Positions 9,528 to 18,180 of a DNA stretch of 64,000 bases are shown piece by piece. A program made the position numbers and the translations under genes. The first letter of the stretch is position 1, and each line of letters opens with the position of its first letter. Source of the stretch: a virus; IMG/VR virus record IMGVR_UViG_3300012971_000890. One strand, given 5' to 3'. The notes beneath the pieces are model-generated. The model searched no databases, had not been told where the DNA came from, and saw only the letters and a program-made list of their open reading frames with translations.

Positions 9528-10550
9528 GTGTCGCTGAGGTTTGTGGACAGTTTCGACCATTACGCCACCGCCAACGGCGCGCAAAAATGGACCAGCGTGG
9601 ACCATTTCACGATTGTGTCACCTGGCAGGTTCGGCACCGGCCAGTGTATGCAACTGTCTATGAACTGGCCGAACGTAACGAAAACGCTGGACGCCCAGCC
9701 AACCTGGATCATCGGCTTTGCCATAAAACTTAGTGCCTGGGTCAATGGGCCGACGCTACTAATCGTCCTCCAAGACGGCGCAAACTATCAGGCCGACCTC
9801 CGACTCAACCCCGATGGCACACTGTTCGTAACCCGAAACGGGACGGCTGTTACCGGAGGGACCAGTACCCGCTCTTTGCGTCTAAACACTTGGTACTACG
9901 TCGAGATGAAATGCACCATAGCGACGAGCATCCCGGCTAATTCCTGGCAGGTGCGAGTCAACGGTACGCAAGTCATCAGCGTGACGGCGGGCCAGAGTTC
10001 CCAGGTTACAGCCAACGCTACCGCCAACACGGTGAGGATCGGCGGGAACATGGGTACTTCCGCCTTCAACGCCTGGTTTGACGACCTTTATATGTGCGAC
10101 GGGCAAGGCAGCGCCAATAACGATTTTCTGGGCGACCTCAAGATCGTAGCCGTCTTGCCCAACGCCGCCGGCACCCTGACGCAGTGGGGTTCCCTGAGCG
10201 GACCCAACTACACCAACGTTAACCAACAGACGCCCGACGACGACACGTCCTACGTTGTCAGTTCCACGCCAGGTCAGATCGACACCTACCTTACCCCCGG
10301 CATCAGTGAAACACCCACGAATATTATTGGCGTACAGGCGGGCCTATACGCCCGCAAGGACGACGCTGCCACCCGAACGTTGACCAAGGTAATAAGGTCT
10401 GGCGGGGTTGCCTACACCGGCCTCAACCTTGCTATGACCACCACTTACGCTTATTACCTGGACATCAACGAGACGGACCCTGCCACCGGGTCGGCATGGA
10501 CCAAGGCGGGCGTCAACGCGGCTGAAATTGGAGTGCAGGAGATTGCATAA
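9528..10550 (+). CDS. structural paralog 4 (GTG start)
   Basis: MSLRFVDSFDHY; blocks NNDFLGD, YARKDDAATR, INETDPATGSAWTKAGVNAAE. Confidence 0.65.
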   Translation: MSLRFVDSFDHYATANGAQKWTSVDHFTIVSPGRFGTGQCMQLSMNWPNVTKTLDAQPTWIIGFAIKLSAWVNGPTLLIVLQDGANYQADLRLNPDGTLFVTRNGTAVTGGTSTRSLRLNTWYYVEMKCTIATSIPANSWQVRVNGTQVISVTAGQSSQVTANATANTVRIGGNMGTSAFNAWFDDLYMCDGQGSANNDFLGDLKIVAVLPNAAGTLTQWGSLSGPNYTNVNQQTPDDDTSYVVSSTPGQIDTYLTPGISETPTNIIGVQAGLYARKDDAATRTLTKVIRSGGVAYTGLNLAMTTTYAYYLDINETDPATGSAWTKAGVNAAEIGVQEIA

Positions 10551-12829
10551 TGGCCAACCGCGTATCCCAGGAAGTTATCGAAGTCGTCTACCAAGTGAAC
10601 CCCAACGCCCTGGTTACGCAGGATGTGGTGGAGGTCGCAGACGCTTATGCCAGCAACGCCCTGGTCACCCAGGACGTGCTGGAAGTCGTAGACGCTCCGA
10701 CCAGTAATCTGGTGGTTACCCAGGACGTGCTGGAGGTCTTGGACTCCACGCCCAGCAGCCTCCGTGCCACCCAAGTCACCCTTGAAGTTCTGCGCACCGT
10801 CACAGGCACGACGCCTCAGAACTACTTCGTTCCGGCCCAGCGCGGGCAGTTCATGGTAACCATGATGGGGGCGTCCGCTCCTCCATCCAATTATTCCCAG
10901 GTAATCGAGCAGGAAACGGGGCTAGTTTCATACTGGCAACTTAATGAAACCTCCGGCACGACCGCCACCGACAGCCAGGATGCCAACAACGGGGCATTTA
11001 CGGGCGGTTATACCCTCAACCCGGCCCCTCCCGGCACCCAAGTGCAAGGGGCCGTCACCCTGGACGGTAGCACGAACTACCTGTCGGTCAACCGAAATAT
11101 CCAAGACGACTTTACCATCGAATTCTGGTTCAAGACCACCGGGAGTGCGCCGGCAGGGAGCAACTATTACAATGGGTGGGGCCTGGTTAATGCTGAAGTT
11201 AGCGGCGTTACCAACGACTTCGGCACGAGTCTAGTAAACGGTGGACAAGTCGCCGCCGGCACAGGCAATCCCGACACCACCATCCGCAGCGTTGCCACCA
11301 ACCTCAATGACGGCAACTGGCACTACGTCGCCTTTACGCGAGTGCGATCAACGGGCGTAATCAATCTGTATGTCGATTCGGCGGCAGCAGTAACCGCACT
11401 CGGCAACTCCGGTGGCCTTACCGCCCCTGCCGCCATCAACTTTGGTCGAATCCTGTCTGGTGGTGGTTTCTTCCCTGGATCGCTGTCCAACGTGGCCTTC
11501 TATAACGTCGCCCTGTCCTCGGCCCAGGTGACAGCGCACTTCAACGCGGCGACAGGTGGTTCGCCTTACAGTGGCGTCATACTGGCGACAATGGGCATCG
11601 TATCCCTGTGGCAACTGCACGACCCCTACCTGGGCAGAGGGGCTTTCGACAGCAAGGGCGGTAATCCCGGTTACTTCTTTGGCTACAACTACCTTCTGGA
11701 CTCCGGCCCCGGCTCACTGATGTCCGGCTCGACGTTATTTAACGGGAGCAACGGATACATCCAAGTGCCCAACTCGGCCAACCTGTCGATCACAGGAAAT
11801 ATTACGGTTGAAGCCTGGTTCATGCTCAACACCGTGCAATCGGGCACCTGGAACAAAATCGTTGAGAAAGGTTTCTCATCTGGTTCGTCGCCGTATATCA
11901 ACTACTGCCTGGGAACCAACACCGGCAATCCATCGGCTTCTTCCGGCAATTATGTCGGCAACGGCAACGGCACCCTGGAGTGGTCACTGGCGCTCGGCGG
12001 TGTGCTTTATGAGTGCTTCAGCAAAACCATCCCGACCGCCGGCCAGTGGTACTACGTTGTGGGCACCTACGACGGTGCCAACCTGCGAATCTATGTGAAC
12101 GGCGTTCTGGAAAACACCCTGGCAGCAACCGGGGCAATCACCAATAGCGGCCAGCCGTTCATGATCGCCGCTCACAACCGGGGCGGCAGTCTGGGTGAAT
12201 ATTTCCCAGGCGAACTGTCCAACGTCGCCGTGTACAATGTTGCCCTCACCCAGACCCAAATCACCACCCACTACGCCAGCGCCGGCAACCCCAACGCCCG
12301 GCTTTCGCAGGAAGCGGTGGATACGCTATACACCGACGTAGCCAATGCGCGACTGTCGCAGGAAACGGCAGAGGTACTGTACGGGGACAATGCCAATTTA
12401 CTGGTCACCCAGGAAGCCCTGGAAGTGGCCCACATTGCAGCCAATACCAACCTTCTGGTCACCCAGGAAGCCCTGGAAGTGGCCCACATTGCCAGCGACA
12501 CAAACCTCCTCGTAACGCAGGAAGCCCTGGAGGTTTTGCGCAGTAGCGCGAACGCGACAAACGCAAGGTTGACGGCTTTATCAACGTGCGTGGGCACCAG
12601 CACGGTTACGCACATGCCCCAGGCAGCGATTACCGCCAGGGCCAGCATCGTCGCGCGGGCCGCAGCCGCACGCCCCGGTGTCGCCGCCCTCGCCGCCAAG
12701 ACATCCCTCGCCATTACAGGCAATGTCCTGCACAGCATTTTCCTCGGCGTAAATCGGGGCCGGATCATAAATATGGGTGGGGTTGGGGCGGGAAGACGGT
12801 CCAGCCTGGTCAATTGCGGAGGAGTTTAA
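10550..12829 (+). CDS. tail-fibre-like protein with two LamG/concanavalin-like domains and terminal 17-aa repeat arrays
   Basis: DFTIEFWFKT..WHYVAFTR..LYVD and VEAWFML..WYYVVGTYDG..IYVNG (LamG signatures); N-terminal (NALVTQDVLEV)x4 and C-terminal (N..LVTQEALEV)x5 repeats. Confidence 0.7.
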   Translation: MANRVSQEVIEVVYQVNPNALVTQDVVEVADAYASNALVTQDVLEVVDAPTSNLVVTQDVLEVLDSTPSSLRATQVTLEVLRTVTGTTPQNYFVPAQRGQFMVTMMGASAPPSNYSQVIEQETGLVSYWQLNETSGTTATDSQDANNGAFTGGYTLNPAPPGTQVQGAVTLDGSTNYLSVNRNIQDDFTIEFWFKTTGSAPAGSNYYNGWGLVNAEVSGVTNDFGTSLVNGGQVAAGTGNPDTTIRSVATNLNDGNWHYVAFTRVRSTGVINLYVDSAAAVTALGNSGGLTAPAAINFGRILSGGGFFPGSLSNVAFYNVALSSAQVTAHFNAATGGSPYSGVILATMGIVSLWQLHDPYLGRGAFDSKGGNPGYFFGYNYLLDSGPGSLMSGSTLFNGSNGYIQVPNSANLSITGNITVEAWFMLNTVQSGTWNKIVEKGFSSGSSPYINYCLGTNTGNPSASSGNYVGNGNGTLEWSLALGGVLYECFSKTIPTAGQWYYVVGTYDGANLRIYVNGVLENTLAATGAITNSGQPFMIAAHNRGGSLGEYFPGELSNVAVYNVALTQTQITTHYASAGNPNARLSQEAVDTLYTDVANARLSQETAEVLYGDNANLLVTQEALEVAHIAANTNLLVTQEALEVAHIASDTNLLVTQEALEVLRSSANATNARLTALSTCVGTSTVTHMPQAAITARASIVARAAAARPGVAALAAKTSLAITGNVLHSIFLGVNRGRIINMGGVGAGRRSSLVNCGGV
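10603..10800 (+). repeat. about 51-nt coding tandem repeats (x4) at the 5' end of the fibre gene
   Basis: Repeated ctggt(c/t)ac(c/g)caggacgtgctggaagtc units. Confidence 0.6.
12292..12550 (+). repeat. about 51-60-nt coding tandem repeats (x5) at the 3' end of the fibre gene
   Basis: Repeated ctggtcacccaggaagccctggaagtggcccacattgc units. Confidence 0.6.
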
Positions 12830-13290
12830 TGCGGGTAGTGAAGCAAGGCACAGCCAGGAACGTCATGGTCTTCATGACCCAAAGTGCCGACCATATTTCA
12901 GGCGCACCTGGCCTGACCCTGACCATCACCGCGAGTAAAGACGGCAGTGCCTTCGCATCCGTCACACCCACAGTCACAGATCGAGCCGCCGGTTGGTACT
13001 CCCTAGCCCTCACCGCCAGCCACACCGATACCCTGGGAGATTTCGCGTTGCATATCACCGGGACTGGCGCTGACCCCGCCGATTTGCTGATGCAAGTGGT
13101 CGCTTACGATTTCGCTGATGTGGTACGGCTGGGCCTCACGGCCTTGCCGAATGTCGCCCAGGGGACCGCAGGGGCGGTGCTAACGTCCGGCGCAGGCACC
13201 GGCCAACTAAATGTCGCCAGTGGTGTGGCCGACGCCAAAATAAAAACCATCAACACCGCCCTCTACGGCCCCCTGATCGGCTCTTCCTAA
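12829..13290 (+). CDS. hypothetical virion-associated protein
   Basis: ATG overlaps the fibre gene stop; composition similar to 5264-5923. Confidence 0.5.
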   Translation: MRVVKQGTARNVMVFMTQSADHISGAPGLTLTITASKDGSAFASVTPTVTDRAAGWYSLALTASHTDTLGDFALHITGTGADPADLLMQVVAYDFADVVRLGLTALPNVAQGTAGAVLTSGAGTGQLNVASGVADAKIKTINTALYGPLIGSS

Positions 13291-14186
13291 GTTTGCGCCT
13301 TGCGGATGATCTCCGCAATATCCGCCACGGCCTGCTTGTACTTGTCCGGCGTCTCGATGCACTTGGACAGGCTGCCGTAATGCTCCTCCAAGCACTCCAG
13401 CAACAGCTTCTTGATCGCCGGCTCGTCCGGCCCCCACGGCAGGGCGGACTCCTCGTACAGCTTCTCCAGTTCCTTCTCCTTGGTGGCGAAGTAGTCCCGA
13501 ATCTGCTGCTCGGTCCACTCGCCCCGGCGGATCGACTTCAACTGCTCCCGGTTGCGCTGGAGATCGAGGTCACCCTCGGCCATAATCATCTCAACTTCGT
13601 TGAGGAGGCGCACGACATGATATGCGAACTTCAAATCATAGCCGTGTTCCTCGATCATGGCCTGGCGTTTGCTTGACTCGCGCTCCTTCTTGCCCATCTT
13701 GTTGACCTGCTGATAGGCGTAGCCCTTGAAGGTATGCCAGCACTTCTTGTGCAGGAATATCTTGCGCTTCTCGCGGACCATCGTGCCCACGCGGGTAATA
13801 TGCAGCACGCAATTATCCGGCGTGAACAGGGAGTCAATCATGTTGGGATTATTTTGCATCACCAACTGAAAGTAGTCCACGATGTTATAGCAACACAGGT
13901 CATACTCCCGGCCCTTGCCACCCATCGCGTCGGTGTCGTTCAGGTGGTGTTCCTGATATTGAGCGAAGCGGTGCTTCTGGGTGCCGAACCCGATGATCTC
14001 GCCGCGCAGATGCGGGAAAATTTCCTCCTTGGGCGGGATGCACCAGGAGTAGATGTCCATGTCGGACGTGTCGCTGGACACGCCGTAGGCCACGCTGCCC
14101 ATCAGCGATTCGTAGTGAATGTTGTTGGGCAGCCAGGGCGGCGGGTGCGCAATCTTCTTCTCGGCCAGTTCCCGAATGTAGCTCAT
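13287..14186 (-). CDS. Pol-beta superfamily nucleotidyltransferase (RlaP/Nuc-transf-like or CD-NTase-like)
   Basis: GSVAYGVSSDTSDMDIY (GS...SDxD NTase motif); later acidic EYDLCCYNIVD; 299 aa. Confidence 0.55.
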   Translation of the reverse strand: MSYIRELAEKKIAHPPPWLPNNIHYESLMGSVAYGVSSDTSDMDIYSWCIPPKEEIFPHLRGEIIGFGTQKHRFAQYQEHHLNDTDAMGGKGREYDLCCYNIVDYFQLVMQNNPNMIDSLFTPDNCVLHITRVGTMVREKRKIFLHKKCWHTFKGYAYQQVNKMGKKERESSKRQAMIEEHGYDLKFAYHVVRLLNEVEMIMAEGDLDLQRNREQLKSIRRGEWTEQQIRDYFATKEKELEKLYEESALPWGPDEPAIKKLLLECLEEHYGSLSKCIETPDKYKQAVADIAEIIRKAQT

Positions 14187-14252
14187 CTCTACCTCCTACC
14201 CTCAATTCTACCACAACGCCCCTAAATAGACACAGCCGAAAGGAGAAGGTTC

Positions 14253-14843
14253 ATGCTGACCTTTGTGGAATTCGCCAAAGCTGCCGACGAGAGCCAGATC
14301 GACAGCCTGTACACCAAGGCCCACACCGCCGTCGAAATCGTCCGCATGTACCAGCCCGAACTGCTGGCCGACATCGCCACCATCGCCAACCTGTCGAGCG
14401 GTGCCTACGGCGTCTATAACTCCGGGGAGAACAAGAAGATGCTACCACCCGACAAGGAAAAGCAACTGGTATATTACGGGGCGGTACGGCGGCATAATCT
14501 CGACATGATCCCCAAAAAGACCCTGATGCAATATTACCCGGACCTCCACCCGGAGCAGATTCAGGACAGCGACACCATCCACGTCAACGTCCACCGCATC
14601 ATGCAGGAAAGCGACAGCGACCTGGAAGCCATCTTGGAGATCGCCTCTACCATCGTCCACGAATGCACCCACGAGAAAGAACGGGAGGCCACCGGCCAGA
14701 CCTCCGAGGTAGGGCCTGTGCGGGCCGAGCAGGCGTTCATGGCATGGGCGAGGCAGAATATGAACGCCCTGACCCGCCGCTTCCCACAACTGCAAGGCGA
14801 CGTGGTGGGGAGGAAAGGCCAACTGCCGGCAGGGAGGGTATGA
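14253..14843 (+). CDS. hypothetical protein with HExxH (HECTH) motif
   Basis: RBS GGAGAAGG; IVHECTHEKE possible metallopeptidase motif. Confidence 0.45.
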   Translation: MLTFVEFAKAADESQIDSLYTKAHTAVEIVRMYQPELLADIATIANLSSGAYGVYNSGENKKMLPPDKEKQLVYYGAVRRHNLDMIPKKTLMQYYPDLHPEQIQDSDTIHVNVHRIMQESDSDLEAILEIASTIVHECTHEKEREATGQTSEVGPVRAEQAFMAWARQNMNALTRRFPQLQGDVVGRKGQLPAGRV

Positions 14844-15490
14844 ACTTCAAACAGTGGATGCTGGCCGAAGCCGCCTTGGGGGTGCGGGACATTAAATTCG
14901 ACCCCCAGGGGAAACCCTCCCACCGAGTTGTCATTCATGGCGGCGGCACGGTCATCAACCTCACGGCCCCAGGCGGGATGGGCAAATCACCGAGGGTACT
15001 CGGCAGCCTGTCAAACCCGGACGTTTTCGGGGACACCCGCTTGCTGGATGGCGTGCCCCTGTATCAATGGCACGCCGACATCGAACGGGGCTGGGGACCG
15101 TTCCTGTATGACATTGCTATGGAATTTGCCACCCTCCGGGGCGGTTACCTCGTCTCCTCAACCTTCGTCAACCGCCTGGAGAATCGCTGGGACTTGCCCA
15201 AGGGTGAGGTCGGCGGGGATGCCAGCGAGCTTGCCGAGAAGGTCTATTACTACTACCTGCACAACCGACATGATGTGGAGGCGCATCAACCAAACATTAT
15301 GTTTTGGGACCGGGCCGAAGAACAAAACCGGATGCAATATATGTACATGCTGTATAGCAAACGCCCCACCACTCTCACCCAACTGATAGAACTCAACCGC
15401 CGGCTGGAAAGTCCCTACAAGGCGGTTCTGGTGAAGGGCATGGGCGCTGTGCCACAGCCGATCCTCAGCCTGGAAGAACTCAATGGCTAG
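14840..15490 (+). CDS. hypothetical protein (MNFKQW N-terminus family)
   Basis: ATGA overlap with upstream stop; RBS AGGGAGGG. Confidence 0.5.
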   Translation: MNFKQWMLAEAALGVRDIKFDPQGKPSHRVVIHGGGTVINLTAPGGMGKSPRVLGSLSNPDVFGDTRLLDGVPLYQWHADIERGWGPFLYDIAMEFATLRGGYLVSSTFVNRLENRWDLPKGEVGGDASELAEKVYYYYLHNRHDVEAHQPNIMFWDRAEEQNRMQYMYMLYSKRPTTLTQLIELNRRLESPYKAVLVKGMGAVPQPILSLEELNG

Positions 15491-15492
15491 AG

Positions 15493-15504
15493 CTATATAA
15501 CAGG
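15493..15504 (+). promoter_or_regulatory. GCTATATAACAG promoter-like motif
   Basis: Same 12-mer as at 8451; 16 nt upstream of the 15520 ATG. Confidence 0.45.
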
Positions 15505-15519
15505 GAACCCAGGAGGGAT

Positions 15520-15714
15520 ATGAAAACATTTGCTGAATATCTGGCAGAACAGGGTGAGGTCATCGAGGAGAAGAAGTGGATACAAAAGGCCATCAAGAAA
15601 AGCCACGAGGGATTTTGCACACCGATGACCAAGAAGACCTGCACACCCCGGCGCAAGGCATTGGCGCGGCGATTCAAGAAGGGTGGCGATCTCCATGACG
15701 AAGGTGATGATTGA
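15520..15714 (+). CDS. small basic protein (MKTFAEY N-terminus)
   Basis: RBS AGGAGGG; 64 aa, Lys/Arg-rich. Confidence 0.5.
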   Translation: MKTFAEYLAEQGEVIEEKKWIQKAIKKSHEGFCTPMTKKTCTPRRKALARRFKKGGDLHDEGDD

Positions 15715-16058
15715 TAAACCTGCACCCAGAATTGGAACTATTACGCCTGGCGATGGACGGAGAGGGACGCCCGGAGAACTACCACACGCTGGTCTTCTAC
15801 GGCCCTGGTGTGGCCCACAAGGTCAACTTTGACGTGAACGTGTTCCATGCCCGTTACATGATTTCCAACATGGATCGCGCCCACCCGGAATACGGCTGGC
15901 AGGTAATTCTGGCGAACGGCACCCTGGAGGACGCGGTGACCACGCTGGAGAGCTACCGCCCCTTCCTGCCGTGGAACAAGATTGACGAGGTTTGGCAGGA
16001 GGCCATCCGTATCGCCCCAGACGGCTCAGGATTCGGTGGTTTTGCAAACTGGCACTAA
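15711..16058 (+). CDS. hypothetical protein (TTG start; alternative ATG at about 15753)
   Basis: 115-aa ORF; start uncertain. Confidence 0.4.
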   Translation: MINLHPELELLRLAMDGEGRPENYHTLVFYGPGVAHKVNFDVNVFHARYMISNMDRAHPEYGWQVILANGTLEDAVTTLESYRPFLPWNKIDEVWQEAIRIAPDGSGFGGFANWH

Positions 16059-16059
16059 C

Positions 16060-16377
16060 ATGAAGTCGTTTAACGAGTGGAAAAAACAGGAGAAGAAGTC
16101 TGACGAGTCGCTGCGAAAGGACCGCCACGGTGGCCTCGTGCCCGACAATATGAAGCGGGCCAAACACGTTGACCTTATCACACTGCCGCCCGATGTCGAG
16201 GGGACGAACTGCGGGAACTGCCTTTACTACGTCCCGGACGGCAGCCACGGCTGGTGCGAACACAAGGACGTAATGATGCACGTCAACAAACGCATGTGCT
16301 GCAAGTATTGGGACAACGACGGGGTGGAACGCTCCTGGGGTGAGATGGAGGGAAGTGGGGTCGGGGGTAAGAAATGA
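16060..16377 (+). CDS. small cysteine-rich protein (MKSFNEW N-terminus)
   Basis: NCGNCLYY..HGWCEH..MCCKYW cysteine cluster. Confidence 0.5.
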   Translation: MKSFNEWKKQEKKSDESLRKDRHGGLVPDNMKRAKHVDLITLPPDVEGTNCGNCLYYVPDGSHGWCEHKDVMMHVNKRMCCKYWDNDGVERSWGEMEGSGVGGKK

Positions 16378-17129
16378 TTGGCTTCAAACAGTGGTTCTCG
16401 GAAAGCAAAGGCATCCGCGTCACCGACGAACTCGAACAGCAGATTGATGCCCTATACCCCAAGGTCCACCAGGCTGCACTCCAATCAAAACAGAGCGGCG
16501 AAGATATTGAAGTTGGCGATGCCACGTTCAGCGACCAATACTTCAAGGGTCGGCCCCGCCAGGTGAACATTCAGGTCATCAACGATCCGAGCATGGACTT
16601 CCACGGGGACTTCAACCCGGTCATGGGGGTCCGTATCAACGTCGCCCACACCGAGCCGCAGAACATCACCCCCAAATGGGCACGCCGGCTCCTGGTCCAT
16701 GAGTTGGGGATTCACGCCCAAGACCCCAAGATTGCTGATTTCCAGACCTTTGCTAAAATGGACAGGAACTATGTCCAGGCGGGTGAAGTTGGCCATTACA
16801 CCCAGGACATGGAGTTCGACGCCTACACCGGGCAAATAGTTGATTCGCTCATCAAGGCTGCCAAAATGAACCGGGGCCAGCCCCAGGCCGGTCAAATCGC
16901 CAAACTATTTGACGACACCTTGGAATTCATTCGCAGCCCCGACGCCGCCAAGGCCCGCCAGGTATACGGCATCATCGCGGACCCAGAATACTGGAAATCG
17001 TTCCACATCTACTACCAGCACTCGACCCCGCAACAGAAGAAACGCCTATTCCAGAGAATATACAAGGCAGTGCAGGACGCCAAGGCTATTTTGGGGCCGG
17101 TGCAGCAAGGGTTCGTCTATAATCCTTGA
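16374..17129 (+). CDS. hypothetical protein (MIGFKQW N-terminus)
   Basis: 251-aa ORF, ATGA overlap; HELGIH (HExxxH, non-canonical). Confidence 0.5.
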   Translation: MIGFKQWFSESKGIRVTDELEQQIDALYPKVHQAALQSKQSGEDIEVGDATFSDQYFKGRPRQVNIQVINDPSMDFHGDFNPVMGVRINVAHTEPQNITPKWARRLLVHELGIHAQDPKIADFQTFAKMDRNYVQAGEVGHYTQDMEFDAYTGQIVDSLIKAAKMNRGQPQAGQIAKLFDDTLEFIRSPDAAKARQVYGIIADPEYWKSFHIYYQHSTPQQKKRLFQRIYKAVQDAKAILGPVQQGFVYNP

Positions 17130-17653
17130 GGCGTTATCCCCAGGTCGCGCAGATCGAGCAGAGCGTGGTAGTTGTAGCCCTTGAAAAGTTTGGACGCTCC
17201 CGCCTGGCGGTCCACTACCGCCACAATGCCCAGGATCAGGGCACCCTTGGCCTCGGCAGCCCGTAATGCCTTTTGCGTCTGGGTGCCGGTGGTCACCACG
17301 TCTTCCACAATGATCGTGCCCTGCTTTGGCTCGCAGATGCCTTCCACCGCGCCGTCCTTCTTCACCACGAAGCCGCTTAATATACGGCCACGCAACTTCG
17401 CCAGGAGCAACATCGCGCCCACCAAGGGATCGGCCCCCACCGAAGGCCCGCCGATCTGCTGGGGGAAAGGGTGAAGGGTTTCAAGCAGGCAGTCCGCAAC
17501 GGTGTACAGCAACTCGCTGGTCCAGAGCTTGCTGCCGTCGATGAAGTAATTGCTGCGGCCTCCGGCGGACAATTCAAAATCGCCAAACTGGACACAGTGG
17601 GACTTCACCAGCCCCGCCAGCAGCGCCTTCTTCTCTGGGAGCAGATATTTCAT
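17117..17653 (-). CDS. pyrE: orotate phosphoribosyltransferase
   Basis: PRPP-binding IIVEDVVTTGTQ; FIDGSKLW; 178 aa. Confidence 0.85.
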   Translation of the reverse strand: MKYLLPEKKALLAGLVKSHCVQFGDFELSAGGRSNYFIDGSKLWTSELLYTVADCLLETLHPFPQQIGGPSVGADPLVGAMLLLAKLRGRILSGFVVKKDGAVEGICEPKQGTIIVEDVVTTGTQTQKALRAAEAKGALILGIVAVVDRQAGASKLFKGYNYHALLDLRDLGITPQGL

Positions 17654-17883
17654 GCGTACTTGTCCAGGGAGATGACCGAGGTTCGCCCGTCGTGCATCTC
17701 GGTATAAGTTACGGTCACCCCGTCCACCTGATAACTCCGGTCGCGGATCGCCCTGAGAATGTAGGGGAGGGTTGCCCCAATCACGATTTTGCCCTCCTCA
17801 TCAAATAACTCGGCGTAGATCGTGTCGGGGGCCAGCCCGCCATGTTCATTCCCCAGCATACGCACGTTGGTCAGTTTATACAA
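17650..17883 (-). CDS. hypothetical protein
   Basis: 77-aa ORF; overlap with pyrE start suggests coupling. Confidence 0.4.
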   Translation of the reverse strand: MYKLTNVRMLGNEHGGLAPDTIYAELFDEEGKIVIGATLPYILRAIRDRSYQVDGVTVTYTEMHDGRTSVISLDKYA

Positions 17884-18100
17884 CCTTCTTCCCCTTCAAC
17901 GGCTTGATGGGGGCGTACTCCAGTTGTTTCAGCGTCTCCTCCAACTTCTTGGCGTCGTCGCCGTAGCAGAAGTGCCGGTCAGCACCACCACTTTTGGAAA
18001 AGTGGATGGTGGCCGTATACTGCCCCGTGGGGCCATTGGTGAAGTTACAACGCGCGATGGCGTCCAGGTTGATATATTCGTTGCCTACAAATAGAAACAT
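17876..18100 (-). CDS. hypothetical protein
   Basis: AGGAGG RBS plus ATG (MFLFVGNEY) on the minus strand. Confidence 0.45.
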   Translation of the reverse strand: MFLFVGNEYINLDAIARCNFTNGPTGQYTATIHFSKSGGADRHFCYGDDAKKLEETLKQLEYAPIKPLKGKKVV

Positions 18101-18108
18101 ATTACCTC

Positions 18109-18117
18109 CTGTTTCCA
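18109..18117 (-). promoter_or_regulatory. TATAAT-type -10 element (minus strand)
   Basis: CTATAATGG about 12 nt upstream of the RBS of the 18100 gene, directly after the upstream terminator. Confidence 0.3.
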
Positions 18118-18123
18118 TTATAG

Positions 18124-18162
18124 ACAAAAAAAGAAGCCGGTGCTTTGGTAAGCACCGGCTTC
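18124..18162 (-). terminator. rho-independent terminator (also hairpin on plus strand)
   Basis: GAAGCCGGTGC-loop-GCACCGGCTTC perfect 11-bp stem followed by T7 on the minus strand. Confidence 0.65.
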
Positions 18163-18180
18163 GGGTTTGTCAGGGGCGAG

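Noticed and set aside
10603-12550. Possible CRISPR-like repeat arrays
   Set aside because: The repeats are in-frame coding repeats (17-aa units) inside one ORF. The repeat copies are imperfect and there are no unique spacer-like inserts.
12271-12813. 180-aa minus-strand ORF, and other minus ORFs within 10550-12829
   Set aside because: They are antisense to the LamG fibre gene and are Ala/Arg/Ser-rich artefacts.
16374-17129. HELGIH as a zinc-metallopeptidase motif
   Set aside because: The spacing is HExxxH, not HExxH, so a peptidase assignment is not supported. Only the HECTH in 14253-14843 is canonical, and even that is weak.
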